From positions 88,350,001-88,414,000 of the forward strand of contig NC_043004.1 of assembly GCF_006345805.1 (NCBI RefSeq): DNA of 64,000 nucleotides. Direction: 5' to 3'. The notes beneath the pieces were generated by a model. That model was not told where the DNA came from. It did no database searches and was given only the letters and a program-made list of their open reading frames with translations. This DNA is from Octopus sinensis (Eukaryota). Below are positions 52,504 through 64,000 of this stretch, piece after piece (position 1 is the stretch's first letter; each line of letters begins with the position of its first letter). Both the position numbers and the translations under genes were made by a program.

Positions 52504-53686
52504 GATTATTATTATTATTATTAATAGCTCAAAATAAAATAATAATAGCTTGGAGTAAAGATGCCTACCACCACTTTTCAATTTGTAACGATACGGGAAT
52601 TTAAAAAAAAAACTTTTAAGCTGGCTTTCGAAACGGTCCTTCCTAGTCCCCCTTTAAAATTGGCCTGAAGCCATCGTTCATAAACCACCAAGAATGAGAA
52701 TCTGTGTAGAAACAGTGCACGAATTTGAAATTGATATTTTAAAAATGCAGAAACTAAAATGCAGAAACTAAAGTGAAGGGACTATAAGTTATTTTTATTC
52801 ACTGCATGCATTGCAAGAACATTCTTGATAAATGTGGATTATGGCTATCGGCGAAGTATAACATCTCTCAGCATGAGTGGACATTTGGCCTGATGAAAAT
52901 CAAATTTCATTATAATGGTGGAAAAAAATTCATGTGGTTACGTAAAGGGAACAGCGAGTAGTCGCTTTTTGGCAAGATCTTTTAATATAATATTCCAAAT
53001 CAATAATAATGTAGATCCATATTCCATAGTTTCTCTTAATTTGAGCTTCTCAAACCACCTACACATACATACTATGTACGAACGAATCTATGCATGTATG
53101 CATGATGATGTATGTATGTATGTATGTAGTATGTATGTATGTATCTATATATATTATATATATATTTATATAATATTATATATTATATAAGAAATATAAA
53201 TATATATATATAAATAGATATAGATATAAATATATATAATATATATATATAATATATAATATAGATATATATAATATATATATATAAATATAATATATAT
53301 ATATATATAAAGATATATATAATATATATATATATGTTATATAAAATATATATATATATAATAAATATATATATAATATATATAGATATATAAGAAAAAT
53401 ATATATATGATATATATATATATAGAAATATATATATATATCTTATATATATCTATATATAAATCTTATATATATATATATATATATATTATATAATATA
53501 TTATATATATATATAATATATAAAATATATATAAGATATATATATAAAATATAGTATAATATATATAATATATATATATATAGATATATAGAAATATATA
53601 TATATATATATATAGAAATATATATATTATATTATATATAGAAATATATATATATATATATAATATATAATATAGATATATATATA

Positions 53687-53717
<31 letters not shown>

Positions 53718-53776
53718 CATACTATACATATATATATATATATATTATATATATTATATAGATATATATATATACC

Positions 53777-53824
53777 GTCTCTGATGAAGGAATATACAAA
53801 ATATGTCGGAAACAGCTGTAAGAC
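53777..53824 (+). ncRNA. Minimal type I hammerhead motif (canonical core) in a pLTR-type unit
   Basis: GTCT-CTGATGA-(imperfect stem II)-GAAAC-AGCT-GTA-AGAC; palindromic ACAGCTGT stem III. Confidence 0.72.
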
Positions 53825-53876
53825 TTTCTTTAAAATGTTCTGAAAATATTTACAGCGTTCGATTTTTATTATTCTG

Positions 53877-53907
<31 letters not shown>

Positions 53908-54032
53908 CGATGTAAAAAGTTGGATAACTGCTAACACACGAAATTCTAGTCCCTTCAGTCACTCAGCTGCTTCTGCTAAATATTAATAACGAATATACAT
54001 ACATACATACATACATACATACATACATACAT

Positions 54033-54076
<44 letters not shown>

Positions 54077-54987
54077 GGATGCGCTCTCTTCTATCTGTAC
54101 TATCTCTTCTTTGTCTATCTCTCTCCCTCTCTTGTTCGTCATCCTTTCTGGTTTTCTCTCCCACCCTTCCCTATTCTTCTCCTCTCCCCTTCACCGTTTC
54201 CTCTCTCTCACTCTTATACTGTCTCCTCTCATAAGCAAGTCTTCCTAGCGTTCATAAAAAAATCTTCTATCGTCTTGGCTTAACAGCCATCACCTTTTGT
54301 TTTTACTGTTTTGTTCTCACTGCTCTGCTTTTGTTATCACTTTCGCCCTCCGCAAAAAGTCACAAATTTTATTTAATTTGCTTTGCGGGAAGGACTGTTT
54401 CAACGAAGTCGCGTATTGTCCTTGCCTTCATAACGCGGAGTAGTTGAAAGAGGGAGAACTGAAAACGGGGAATATTCTTTATGTTGCATGGTTCTCTATT
54501 TGTTTTTTTCGTTGTTCGAAAAAAAAGTTCGTTTCTATGTTTTTGTTTTTATATATATTCGTTTCTCGTTGTGTTCAATGTTTTTTTGATGTCCTGTAGG
54601 TATGTACGCATGTAGGTATGTACGTATAAGTAAGTATATATGCAAATATCAACAAACATATGCAGGCACATATATATTTATATCTATATTTCAATGCATT
54701 TTTGGGGATAATGTTCTCAATGTGTCATTGTATTTTCTAGTCTCCTTTTTTTTTAATTTCTCTGATAAACTCATTTTTTCTTTGTCCATTAAATTGTTTA
54801 GAAGAATTTTTAGAAATCCAACTCGATAAATATTTTCAATGATTGAACTTATAATTTAAGATCTATTTACTTTTAGCAAACAATTTTTTTTTGTCTGTGG
54901 CTATCAACATATATTTATGTGTATATAATACAAACATACCCACACATATATATATATATTATATATATATATAATATATATATATAT

Positions 54988-55396
54988 TCTTTTACTCTTT
55001 TATTCTTTTACTTGTTTCAGTCATTTGACTGCGGCCATGCCGGAGCACCTCCTTTAGTCGAGCAAATCGACCCCGGGACTTATTCTTTGTAAGCCCAGTA
55101 CTTAATCTATCGGTCTCCCTTGCTGAACCGCTAAGTGACGGGGACGTAAACACACCAGCATCGGTTGTCAAGCAATGCCAGGGGGACAAACACAGACACA
55201 CAAACCCCCCCCCCCACACACATATACACATATATACATATATACGACAGGCTTCTTTCAGTTTCCGTCTACCAAATCCACTCACAAGGCATTGGTCGGC
55301 CCGCGGCTATAGCAGAAGACACTTGCCCAAGATGCCACGCAGTGGGACTGAACCCGGAACCATGTGGTTGGTTAGCAAGCTACTTACCACACAGCC
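54988..55396 (-). mobile_element. SINE family B, full length
   Basis: Head, internal repeat and tail all present. Confidence 0.92.
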
Positions 55397-55472
55397 GTAT
55401 GTGTCTGTATGAATGTATATACCTATATACACATATAAATATACAATGAGTGGGTGTATATATGTGTGTGTG

Positions 55473-55804
55473 AAGGCGCATGGCTCAGTGGTTAGAGCGT
55501 CGAGCTTGCGATCGTGAGGTTGTGAGTTCGATTCCCGGATCGGGCTGCATGTTGTGTTCTTGAGTAAGATACTTTATTTCACGTTGCAACCAGTTACCTT
55601 AGCTGTAGAAATGAGTTGCGACATCACTGGTGCCAAGCCGTTTTGGCCTTTGCCTTTCCCTTGGATAACATGAGTGGTGTGGAGAGGGGAGGCTTGTATG
55701 CATGAGTGACTGATGGCCTTCCATAAAAACCTTGCCCGGACTTGTGCCTCGGAGGGTAACTTTCTAGGTGCAATCCTATGGTCATTCATGATCGAAGGGG
55801 GTCT
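55473..55804 (+). mobile_element. SINE family D, full length
   Basis: A box tggctcagtgg, B box gagttcgattccc, gttgtgttcttgagtaagatacttta core, tail ...catgatcgaagggggtct. Confidence 0.9.
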
Positions 55805-56559
55805 CCTCCAATATATATACATACATGTATGTACGTGAATGTGTATGTACCTACGGTGTGTTTCTCGTGTTTGCTATTCAGGCTACCAGACAAAAGGCTG
55901 ATGGGTCGCCTTGTGTCAACGACATTGTATAATGCGACAATCTATGAAAATATAAAAGGTTAAAAAATAAGAGTAACCGTATCTTGTTCTTTATATTTGG
56001 AAGTAATTATCTTTCATTTATACTTCTGTACCCGGATTAGGATTTAATTATGAAATATTTTGTTATGTCGTTGTGTTAAGTCGAAAAACTGCGAAGTGTT
56101 TCATTTGGAGAGTAAGGTATTCTAACTTATCCTACATTTGTCTTGCGAATTATTTGAATTCATACACTTCTCTAACATCCATGTTCTTTATAGAATAAAA
56201 GATTAAATATTTTCACAGCTTTGTTATAGAATAAAGAGGTTTTTTATATTTATTATAATCTGCTAAATAAGAAAGTAGGTGGTATTATTTTCAAAATGCG
56301 TGAATTCCAGTAAAAGATCTAAGTGTCAGATAGCGTTTTTACACCTGGTGAGAGAGTAACTCTACTATCCAATTACAAATACCCGTCAAACGAAATTCCG
56401 TACAATTACAAAACAATCCGGTTTTATTCGCATGGTTAGAGCAAAAACGAAGCAATGTTTGATGACGCATGTCAATATCGCCATAGACTGCAGTTGACCA
56501 TGGAACCAGGTGATTAGGAAGCGAATTTCTTAATACAACACTCCTAGTTAATATGGAAA

Positions 56560-56785
56560 ATGTCATCGCTGGTTTCGAGTTTTGGCACAATGCCAGCAAT
56601 TTAGGAGCTAGGGTTAGTAAATTACACCAACCCCAGTACTCAATCGGCAGTGATTTCATCAACCTCGAATGGATGAAAGACAAAGGTGACCTCAATGGTA
56701 TTTGGAATCAGACCATAAAGAGCTGGAAGAATGTCTTCAACCATTTTGTCCGATGCACTAATGATTCTACCAGCTTGCCATCTTA
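56560..56785 (-). mobile_element. SINE family A, diverged
   Basis: Core, tail and partial head recognisable. Confidence 0.7.
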
Positions 56786-58155
56786 GGAGCTGTTACTAAT
56801 AATATTTCCAAGGCAGATGCATTTTCGGAATCAGTAGAGTATCGCCCAAAATTTATTTATTTGCGTCCCGTTATATTCTTAGTTCTAATATCGCTGGTAT
56901 CGTGTATGACTTTCATTGTTCAGGGGTTGATAGACTGAAGAAACCTATCAAGTACTTGAGACAATACAGTCGAGCATTACCTTTATTATAGCCCTAATAA
57001 AAATACGTATGGTTTTGCCTTTTGCCCTTGGACCCTTAACCACTTACCGAGTCTAAGAGATGCTACATTGGTTCATTGGTATAGGGCGTGTTTACGACAT
57101 ATTCACTGAGGAGGAGTTCATTCCTGTGCATGTCTGCACACAGTCGATTTTTTCCTGAGAGAAAGAAAAAGTGGGAAATTTAGAAAAATTAACCCCATCA
57201 ATTACTGGACTTGTACATTATATGTCGAATCCGAAAAGATAAACAGCAATGTTGAATACGGCAAGATTTGAACTCACACGTATGTGTTAGCAGATACGTA
57301 TGTGGTTAGCAGATACGTTAATGCTTCTTTCTGCCAATATCATTGCTTGGTTGTGTGCCTTGAAAGGATTTGTAAAATTTCGTGTATTATGCATTTCTGA
57401 CATAATTTCCTTTGTTAGAGAATGTGATGTAACGGTGTTCATAAAACGGACGAATGGTATTTCTTCAGGTATTTTTGATTTTGTATGTAATTGGATTTTT
57501 TGCCTACCTACATTTTCTGTCTCGCGAGTCAAAATAGAAGCTTTAGCGCTATCCTCGATCTGTAGAAAATACTCATCAAATTTCTCTTAAATCACACCCG
57601 CCCACCATCTTCAAAATGGACTGACATATATACGACTTAGTGGCTAATAAAATACACATTTTTCCATCAGTTGTTTTGTGTGGATATTTCAGAATTAGAT
57701 GTATTAAAGTGAAAATAACTGCGTTGGAATAAGGATGCAAATACATTGGTTGCTAACTCAGTAACTTAACAAGATGCGAATAAATAACGAAAATAATATG
57801 TAGATAAAGAAAATCAATCAAAAATTTGCGTGGAAGCTCAGAACAGAAATGGATTTCTCCGAGTACATTACTCAATTTCGAAGAGTTACCAAACATAAGA
57901 TCTTAAAGATAGATATCTAACAGTTTATCCACCTAAATTCACAGTTCTAATAAGAAAGGTTCCATGTCGGTGTTGTACAGTAATTTTAGGAAAAGTGTTC
58001 TAAAAGCCGTTACGTAAAAGTCGATGACTGCGTAGATGTTCCAATATGAACACTATGTAGAACAGTTTGAATACATACACACATACATGTATGTATGTAT
58101 GTGCATATATATGTGTATATATATATAATGCACACAAGCAGTCATACACAACATT

Positions 58156-58196
<41 letters not shown>

Positions 58197-58278
58197 TCAA
58201 ATGTATCATATATCACATATACAATATATATATATATATGTATATTATATATATATATATAACTATATATAATATATA

Positions 58279-58314
<36 letters not shown>

Positions 58315-58921
58315 TGTTTATGTGTATTTGTATGTATCTGTGTATATACATATGTGTGTGTATGTATGTAGGAATCTTTGCGCAAACACTCACACACACG
58401 CGCGCACACACACATTCACACGTACTTGTACGTATCAAATCGATACTTAGATGTGAAAACAATGTTATGCTTTCAGAAATTACCACTATTTACAAGGAAA
58501 CTTTACTTCCTTATCTGGTGGTTTTTGGGTTAGAAACGGTAATTGAAGAATTTGATACAACTCCTTCTACAAGCCTTCATATTCAATTCCTTCTGAACTA
58601 GATAAGCAATTATCTAAATTATTGACTCTATAACCGTAAACTTAGAAATTATGTACTGAAACAAACCAATCGTGTAAGTGGTTATATCTCCATTCTAACA
58701 CGATAAAAATAATCGATATCTCTCTCTGTATCTCCCCAGATACACACTCACACATGCACGCATAATATATGTGTATATATGTATATATATGCATATACAT
58801 ATAGGTTTTTGCGCATATATATATATGCATATACATATGTTTACAAATATACATGGCCGCGAGCATCCACAAATCCACACTCGCATTAATATATAAATTA
58901 CACACACACACACACACACAC

Positions 58922-58958
<37 letters not shown>

Positions 58959-58959
<1 letters not shown>

Positions 58960-59251
58960 GGAGCACTCCGTTGGTTACGTCGATAGGGTCCCAGCTGATA
59001 AGATCAACGGAACAGCTTGCTCGTGAAATTAACGCGCAAGTGACTGAGCAATCCACAGACACGCGTACCCCTAACGTAGTTCTCAGGGAGATTCAGCGTG
59101 ACACAGAAATACAGGTACGACTCATTTTTGCCAGCTCAGTGGACTGAATCAACGTGAAACAAAGTGTCTTGTTCAAGGACACAACGCGTCGCCGGGAATT
59201 GAGCTCACGACCTTATATTCACGAGCCGAATGCCCTAACCACTAAGTCACG
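58959..59251 (-). mobile_element. Family D-like SINE head and core with a different tail
   Basis: gtggttagggcattcggctcgtg...gttgtgtccttgaacaagacactttg core; the tail ending ...caacggagtgctcc differs from 55473-55804. Confidence 0.75.
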
Positions 59252-59523
59252 TATATAAGCCACATATATAAACATACTCAACATATGTGCTTTGCTCGTT
59301 TACCGGTTCCAGGAGACGACTCCCTTATAGTAATGGGTGTTAAGACACTTGAAAGTCATGGAAAGGCAAGGCAACACGCTCCCAGTCCAATCCAGGAGTG
59401 ATTGATACCGATGTTTCGCCATATTCTGTGGCTAATCAACATCACATACCTGAATAGACCCAGGGACGAACTGAATCGCCAGTCTATCTCCATGCCCATA
59501 CATACATTTACATATATTTATGT

Positions 59524-59751
59524 ACTCTTTTACTCTTTTACTTGTTTCAGTCATTTGACTATGGCCATGCTGGTGCACCGCTTTTAGTCGAGCAAATCGA
59601 CCCCAGGACTTATTCTTTGTAAGCCTAGTACTTATTCTATCGGTCTCTTTTGCCGAACCGCTAGGTTACAGGGACGTAAACACACTAGCATCGATTGTCA
59701 AACGATGTTGGGGGGACAAACACAGACACATAAACATGCACACACACACAG

Positions 59752-59782
<31 letters not shown>

Positions 59783-59948
59783 TACATATAAATGACGGGC
59801 GTCTTTCAGTTTCCGCCTACCTAATCCACTCACAAGGCTTTGGTCGGCCCGAGGCTATAGCAGAAGACACTTGCTCAAGGTGCCCAAGTGGGACTGAACT
59901 CGGAACCATGTGGTTGGTAAGCGGGCTACTTACCACACAGCCACTCCT
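59524..59948 (-). mobile_element. SINE family B, full length
   Basis: Head, internal (CA)n and tail all present. Confidence 0.92.
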
Positions 59949-60151
59949 CCACGTATGTGTATTATGCTGGATAACGTATTCAAGACATGTTTCCGTAAGA
60001 AAATAAATATTTAATGGTGAAAATAAAAATCTGATGTGTCGCTTACGAATGGAGAAAGGCTGACTACATGCCTGCCCGACAAGGCTTCGTTTGAAACCAA
60101 ACGTCCACAGCAACAATAACAACAGCAACAACAACAACAACAACAGCAAGT

Positions 60152-60342
60152 GGAGGCGCAATGGCCCAGTGGTTAAAGCAGCGGACTCCCGGTCGTATGA
60201 ACGCGGTTTCGATTTCCAAACCGGGCATTCTGAGTGTTTATTGAGCAAAAACACCTAAGCTCCACGAGGCTCCGGCGAGGAGTGGGGGTTGAACCCTGCT
60301 GTACTCTTTCACCACAACTTTCTCTCACTCTTTCTTCCTACT
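60152..60342 (+). mobile_element. SINE family C, head and centre
   Basis: ggaggcgcaatggcccagtggtt head after (CAA)n. Confidence 0.82.
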
Positions 60343-61597
60343 TCTGCCACAAAGCAGAGGAACCATAGTGTAATCCACTATGGTGTGGTAAACTTTCAGA
60401 CCCTAGTCTAGATTGCGAATCCTCTGTACCCAAGGATGGTTCAGCTCTCCACACATTAAAGGCCACCGTTTACGGAATGAGGATAACAACGTAACTTTCG
60501 CGCCCGTCTATCGGGTGTGGTGGGTGGATCTTCAAGTTGCCACACACATTCTTAGTAGCTTAGAGTAGGCTCGAATTTGAGAATATTCTTTGTGGCTAAT
60601 GATCGGAAGAAGAAGAAGAAGAAGAAGAAGAAGAAGAAGAAGAAGAAGAAGACAACAACAGCAATGATGATAACGATAACTATTGGTAGATATATCGTTC
60701 ATATCCCTCAAAACGCTGGATTGCCACGACTGATAGTTTTGGACAATCAGCTCAACAACAACAACAATAACAGCAACAACAACACCGACCAACAACAACA
60801 ACAACAGGGACAATAACAACCATAACAACAACATTGACAGTAAGATGTATGTAGAAAGACATTTCCATAGACACCAATATTAAATGAGATAGAGTGGGTG
60901 TGCTTTTGTTTGCGTTTTCTAAATCGAATTTTCCAACGAAGTTTTACACATTTTAACTGTTAGAAAAAGAAGAAAAGGAAAAAAAAACAAAACAAAATTT
61001 TTTTTTCTTTAAATCTCCGAGAACTTTTCTTCGCGTAAATATTGACCTTAGATAAATTAAACATGTTTATCGAAGTTTTCGTTTTAATTTCAAGAAAACA
61101 AAAAAATAATTGAACTTTATTTTACATATATAGCCCCAAGTTATAAAACACAGAGAAATCCTTATAAAAATTCAGATGAAATCCAACATTGGTTTTCTTG
61201 TTGAACCTTTTAGCGCACGAATTTCTTTTAAAGCCTCCGCAAAAATCTTTTCCCTATAACAATAGTTACTTTTACATCTTTATTTGAATGATCTATTTTC
61301 ACTGCTTATAAAAATTTGTTTGTTTCTGTTTCTTTCATATTGCCAGCTTCAAGAGATTTTCTGCAAAGAACAAAATAATACTCTCAGGTATTTCATATTC
61401 TTTTTTTTTTTCCCCTTATCAAACAATAACACTGCATAAACTGGATTGAACGATTACTTCAAGAGGAGTGTTGTTTCTTCTTCTTCTTCTTCTTCTTCTT
61501 CTTCTTCTTCTTCTTCTTCTTCTTCTTCTTCTTCTTCTTCTTCTTCTCTTCTTCTTCTTCTTCATAATCATCATCGTCGTCATCGTCGTCGTCGTCG

Positions 61598-61637
<40 letters not shown>

Positions 61638-61754
61638 TTCTTCCTACCCTTCCTCTTCTTTTCTTCTTTCATCATGCACACACATGCGCATTATATGCAT
61701 GTGTGCGTGTGCGTATGCATCTCAGTACTTAATACATACATACATATATATATA

Positions 61755-61785
<31 letters not shown>

Positions 61786-61861
61786 CAGATCGCCATGTTG
61801 ATTCGCTAGCTTCTGCACGCATTTTTTTCTCTCCGTTTCTCTCTTGTTTTTTTTCTGTGTA

Positions 61862-61899
61862 TCTTTCTGTTGAAGAGCGTAGGCTCGAAACGTAAAAGA
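61862..61899 (+). ncRNA. Hammerhead-like motif (A6U core variant) in a pLTR-type unit (~61790-61990)
   Basis: TCTTT-CTGTTGA-A-GAGC(gtag)GCTC-GAAAC-GTA-AAAGA; 5-bp stem I, 4-bp stem II. Confidence 0.6.
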
Positions 61900-62484
61900 C
61901 TTGTTTTATTTATATTCCTGAGCGCCATACTAATACAATTGTTTGTTTATATTCCACCTGCCTTCGTCTTTTGTTTATTTTCATAAAGCTTCCCGTTATA
62001 TATATATATATATATTTTCTTATTACATTTTATCGACAAAAAGAATTACCAAAAATGATTCAAGAGACGAGAGCTTCGTGTATGGCATTCGTGCAGTGCC
62101 CCAAACACCCCCCCCACACTTTTGTAACGTTTAAAGATAATCAAACTCATTATATAATCATATATTTGTTCATCGAAGACCGTACCTAAATATTTACATA
62201 CATATTTGCATACATTAATACACACACACACATGCAAACAAACACACGGACATATGCACACCCACATACTGACACACACTCACACATATATTTATATATA
62301 TATATATATTATATATTATATATTATATGTATATATATGCTAAAATGGTACAGTGGATAACAAACGTCTTTACAGTAAAAAATTAGAAGCAACAAAAATC
62401 GGGCGCAGATATGCTCAAATCCTCATAATAGTCGGACAAGTATCATCACAATTTCGACAGCTATGATATCTTATTCATCTGGTG

Positions 62485-62584
62485 NNNNNNNNNNNNNNNN
62501 NNNNNNNNNNNNNNNNNNNNNNNNNNNNNNNNNNNNNNNNNNNNNNNNNNNNNNNNNNNNNNNNNNNNNNNNNNNNNNNNNNNN
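62485..62584. other. Assembly gap (100 N)
   Basis: Run of exactly 100 N. Confidence 0.99.
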
Positions 62585-62701
62585 TTTCAAACGAAAATGA
62601 GAAGGAAAAAGAAACCATTCTGCAAAATACAAACGAAAAATCACGACTCTATTTGTCGAAAAAGCACAATTCTTAACGTAGGAATTTCAACAGTATACTA
62701 G

Positions 62702-63103
62702 TTAACAAAAGCTGCAATGGACTAGCGCAGAGTGCGACCTTAGCTTCACGCAAGTATCAAATAATAGGAGTACAGCCATGGACTGGTGTCGGTCCTATAC
62801 TGCTTCTTACCATCCAATGTATCGCTTTTGGTGCATTGGAAATTCCTGATTTACCCTCTTGAAATTATGATATGCAAATCTACATTCTATGACGTAGTGT
62901 TAAATCTATGATGTATAAAAAACAATGAGTGATTTATAGGATGCAAATGCTCTCAGGTATATTTAATCAGGTTCGACCATGGGCTAAACAGCGGCGACGA
63001 CAATAGTCGGTATCTACATATCAAATTTGAGCGCAATCGGATGGAGGATGTCCGAGATCCTAGAAGACACACACAGACAGGCAGAACGGATTTTATATAA
63101 TAG
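62702..63103 (+). mobile_element. Possible non-autonomous Helentron-associated (DINE-1/HINE-like) element
   Basis: Starts ttaacaaaagc with a small hairpin CGCA-gag-TGCG; 3' part caaatttgagcgcaatcgg...cacacacagacagg...ttttatataatag resembles such elements. Confidence 0.45.
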
Positions 63104-63120
63104 TTATATATATATAAAAC

Positions 63121-63446
63121 ACCCTTCGGTCACGAATAACCATGGAATCACACTTAAAAAGGTTCCCTTCCGAAGTACAGGTTCGGGCAGGGACGTTTAT
63201 GGAAGACCGGCTGTCACCCATGCATACCGGTCTTCCCTCTCTACGCCACCGATTTTATCCAAAGCAAAGGCGAAGGCTGGTACAGCTCGGCATCATTGAC
63301 GTCGCAACTCATTTCTACAGGCGAGTGAAATGAAGCAACGTTAAATAAAGTGTCTTGCTCAAAAACCCAACACCGGTCCGGGAATCGAAATCACTATCTC
63401 ATGATTGTGTGAGCCCAACGCTCTAACCACTGAAGCCATGTACCTT
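63121..63446 (-). mobile_element. SINE family D
   Basis: Homologous to 55473-55804. Confidence 0.85.
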
Positions 63447-63480
63447 CACGCACAATATATATATATATATATATATATAG

Positions 63481-63512
<32 letters not shown>

Positions 63513-63513
63513 A

Positions 63514-63584
<71 letters not shown>

Positions 63585-63655
63585 ATATATAATATAATAT
63601 ATATATATATATATATCATATATATATATATATTATATATATATATATATATTAT

Positions 63656-63703
<48 letters not shown>

Positions 63704-63719
63704 TATATATATATTATAT

Positions 63720-64000
63720 ATAATACAAAAATGGGACAAAACGGAAAACATCCAGACAGACGATACAAAGAAAACAAGGACGGATCATTCGGAGTTTTCT
63801 ATCCCCAGTCGAATTCCAGATTATCTTCGCAATTTCAGCTGGTTATACTCGAGAATGCTCCGATCTGGCCAGCCCCAAAAAGTCAAGATAGAAAATGCTA
63901 AAATAATTTTATAAAAAAAATTTCAGTACCGGTTTCAGTCATTGAGACTTTTTCAACTGCAACAATTAAACAATTAAATTTAGAAAAATTAAAAAGAAAA
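63720..64000 (-). mobile_element. pLTR-type unit, same family as 1210-1375
   Basis: Reverse-complement homology across ~120 bp. Confidence 0.75.
63923..63960 (-). ncRNA. Minimal type I hammerhead motif, U3:A8 core variant
   Basis: CAG-TTGAAAA-AGTC(tcaat)GACT-GAAAC-CG-GTA-CTG. Confidence 0.7.

Noticed and set aside
62482-62676. ORF spanning X residues
   Set aside because: Artefact of the 100-N gap.

Overview
Repeat-saturated animal genomic DNA, very AT-rich, with long (TA)n, (TG)n, (TATC)n and (TAA)n tracts. The SINE families match my recollection of coleoid cephalopod repeats, so this is most likely an Octopus genome (inferred, not database-checked). I could not recognise any host protein-coding exon, rRNA, intact tRNA gene or CRISPR array, so the window is probably intergenic or deep intronic. 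Nearly all ORFs in the track are microsatellite or SINE artefacts. Supported content: (1) many Penelope-like element (PLE) fragments, including RT-thumb and GIY-YIG coding pieces and short pseudo-LTR (pLTR)-type units, often arranged as inverted palindromes; (2) decayed R4/Dong-type RLE retrotransposon fragments at 13.9-16.3 kb; (3) a full-length decayed mariner at 40.5-41.8 kb; (4) four tRNA-headed SINE families, labelled A-D here; (5) a ~550 bp element sitting in (TAA)n tracts; (6) MITE/foldback and Helentron-like non-autonomous elements; (7) a 100-N assembly gap. Main discovery: about 13 minimal type I hammerhead ribozyme motifs in about 7 sequence families. All have self-complementary stem III, which implies dimer-dependent folding. 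Two unrelated families carry a compensatory U3:A8 core (UUGAAAA instead of CUGANGA). Hammerheads in PLEs are known in general; the density, family diversity, core variants and palindromic packaging here deserve follow-up. All folds were read by eye.
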